From the NCBI RefSeq assembly GCF_000372725.1, contig NW_005201412.1:263643-327642 (forward strand): DNA of 64,000 nucleotides, given 5' to 3'. Of the stretch, positions 61,978 to 64,000 are shown piece by piece (the stretch's first letter is position 1; each line of letters begins with the position of its first letter). This DNA comes from Emiliania huxleyi CCMP1516 (lineage: Eukaryota). Made by a program: the position numbers and the translations under genes. Below the pieces are notes generated by a model, which was given only the letters and a program-made list of their open reading frames with translations, was not told the DNA's origin and searched no databases.

Positions 61978-63801
61978 TCGTCGCCGGCGGCGCCTGCGTT
62001 GGCACTGAGCGCCGCCGCCGCCGCGCGCTTGCGCTCCGCGGCGTGCACCTTTCGCTTCCACCGCCGCTGGCGCTGGTAGCGGTGCATGTCCCTCTCTGCG
62101 CGCCGCTCGAACGGCCGCCTCTCCTCCTCGCTCAGCGTCGCGTACTCGCGCCGCAGCAGCTCCGCCACCTCCGCCGCCACGCCGCTGCTCGCAGCCCTCT
62201 CTCCGGTGGCCGCCTCGCAATGCCGCTTGTAGATCTGGATGGCGCTCATCGGCGGCACGACGCCGTCGAGCCCGCGCGCGCGGTGCGCCGCGCGCCGCCT
62301 CTCCCGCTCGGCCAGCAGCCACGCCGACTCGGCCGCCGACGCCTGCAGGAGGGCTCAGAGAAGCAGCTCAGAAAAGGGTCCCCGCCTCCGCCACGCCGCC
62401 TCTGCCGCCGCCGCCTCGGCGCGCAGAGTGCGCACGCCCTCGGCCGTCGAGCGCCAGATGGCGAGGGCCTCGTCGACCTCGTACTGCTCGAGGTCCTCCT
62501 CGTCGCCGTCGTCCATCACCACGTGGAAGAGAACCTCGCCATCCCCGACCTCAGTGTGCGTCGCCACCTCCGCCGCGCCCTCGCCGTTGCCCTCGCCGCC
62601 GCCGCCCGCGCCTTCGGCGACGCCACCCTCTGCCGAGGCGGCGGCCGCGACGCCAGCCTCGGGGCCCGCGACGCCAGCCTCCGGCCCCGCGAGGCGCGCC
62701 TCTGGATCCGCGCCACCGTCGGTCCGCGGGGTTGCCGCAAACGCCGCCGCGGCCTCCGCAGCATCGGTGCCGTTTGCCGCTTCGCCGCCGAACTCCGCCG
62801 CTGCGCCGCCGCCCTCCGGGGCTTCGTGGAGCGGCGAGCCGTCGGCGGGTTGGCTGGCGTCTGCCGATGCTGCCGCCGGCGGGTCGGCCGGCGGGTGCGG
62901 CTCTTGCGGCGAGGGCGCGGCGGAGGGCGGGAGGGCGGAGGGCGGGAGGGCGGAGGGCGGGAGGGCGGGCAGCCAGCGCGTGATTGTGCCGAGGAAGGGG
63001 CGGCCTCCGCCGATGCCTTGGAAGCGGCGCGCGACGCGAGCGCCGATGAGCTCGTGCCCCGCCTCGAGCCACCTACGGGCGGCCGGTCCTGTCCCTCGCC
63101 GTGCCCCGATGCCCCCCCCCCCCCCCCCCCGGGTAGCTGTGGCGCGCCCTTCCTCCTTGAGGCGAACCGCCTCGGCCTCCGCCTCGGCCGCCTCGGCCGC
63201 CTCCTCGGCCGCCGCCTCGGCCTCGGCTTTCTCCTCCTCGTCGAGCTCGAGCTCGAGCTCCGGGCCCGCCTGCGCCTGCTCTCGGGCGGGGTGGCGAAGG
63301 GGCAGGGCTGGAGCATGGCGCAAAGGCGCGACAGGTGATGAGAGGCCGAGGCACGCGTGCACTATTGAGGGCTCCCGCCTGCTCGAGCGCGCGCTTCCAC
63401 TGCTTTCGCATCGCCTTGGACTTGCCCGAGTACGGCATCTTGGCCGCGTACTCGTCCGCCCGCTCCGCAAACGGCACCATCGTGCCGTCGCAGCTGACCG
63501 TCGCAAAGTCGCGGCAGTCGCCAAAGGTTGTGCCGCAGAAGCGCACGCGCGCCTTCCATGCGGCGGCCGCCGCCTCGCCGCCGGGCACGCCTCCTGCGCT
63601 CGCCCCATCGCCGCCCTCGGCGGCCCCGGCCTCGTCGACCGCTGCCGGAGCCGAGCGCTGCTCGAGGCGGCGCACGCGGGCCGGCCACCACGGGAAGCCG
63701 GGCAACTTGGCCCAGACGAGCTCGCCGCGGCGGAACGGCTCGGCGCTCTGCACGGCGCCCTCGGCGGGCGATGGAGCCGGCGTGAGGATGGAGTCGGGCA
63801 T
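61622..63801 (-). CDS. Chromatin protein: PWWP + split Tudor-like + HMG-box; multi-exon
   Basis: GELVWAKLPGFPWWPARV...VRFCG (PWWP). LIGARVARRF...FLGTITRW...LFHVVMDDGDEEDLEQYEV (Tudor-like). PPMSAIQIY...EVAELLRREYATLSEEERRPFERRAERDMHRY (HMG). C-terminal AKRRRL NLS-like; TAA at 61622-61624. Confidence 0.85.
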
Positions 63802-64000
63802 TGCTTCAGCCGCTACCCAATATGCCCCTCTCTAGCAACGCGGGAAAGATTAGTTTGCACGTCAGCTTTTCTTCTTTTTCTGGGAGCGCTCTGATTAAAT
63901 ACGGCGTCGCTGTCGATTGGCCATCGGCTGCCGCTGTGCTGCTGCGGGCAGCTGCACGTGACACCACACCCGCGCTTGTCCGCGGCGAGAAACATTCCGA

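Overview
GC-rich eukaryotic genomic DNA with many short introns, often GC-AG, and intronic microsatellites. The style points to a haptophyte such as Emiliania/Gephyrocapsa huxleyi; this is an inference, not a database result. About 16 intron-containing genes are supported: an AI-2E-family transporter (partial), a tandem HET-like protein, a large Ala/Glu coiled-coil protein, two apparently identical head-to-head SAH hydrolase copies, a Lys-rich protein spanning a 100-N gap, a GT34 glycosyltransferase-sulfotransferase fusion, an EF-hand + UCP/dicarboxylate-type mitochondrial carrier, a VOC/glyoxalase, plastid FNR, a SAM-PUB-HID1 protein, a homeobox factor, three membrane proteins, a glutaredoxin and a PWWP-Tudor-HMG protein. 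Intergenic regions hold a defective TIR/DDE transposon, several MITE-like elements and dispersed repeats. Top observations: (1) the glutaredoxin has an in-frame TGA at its active site (UPFC) and a well-formed SECIS in its 3'UTR, so it is a probable organelle-targeted selenoprotein; (2) a single-polypeptide glycosyltransferase+sulfotransferase; (3) a Ca2+-sensing domain on a UCP/DIC/OGC-type carrier; (4) a shared ~205-bp element directly upstream of both the glyoxalase and the selenoglutaredoxin; (5) the inverted SAHH duplication. Exon boundaries were read by eye and family assignments rest on recalled motifs, not on searches.
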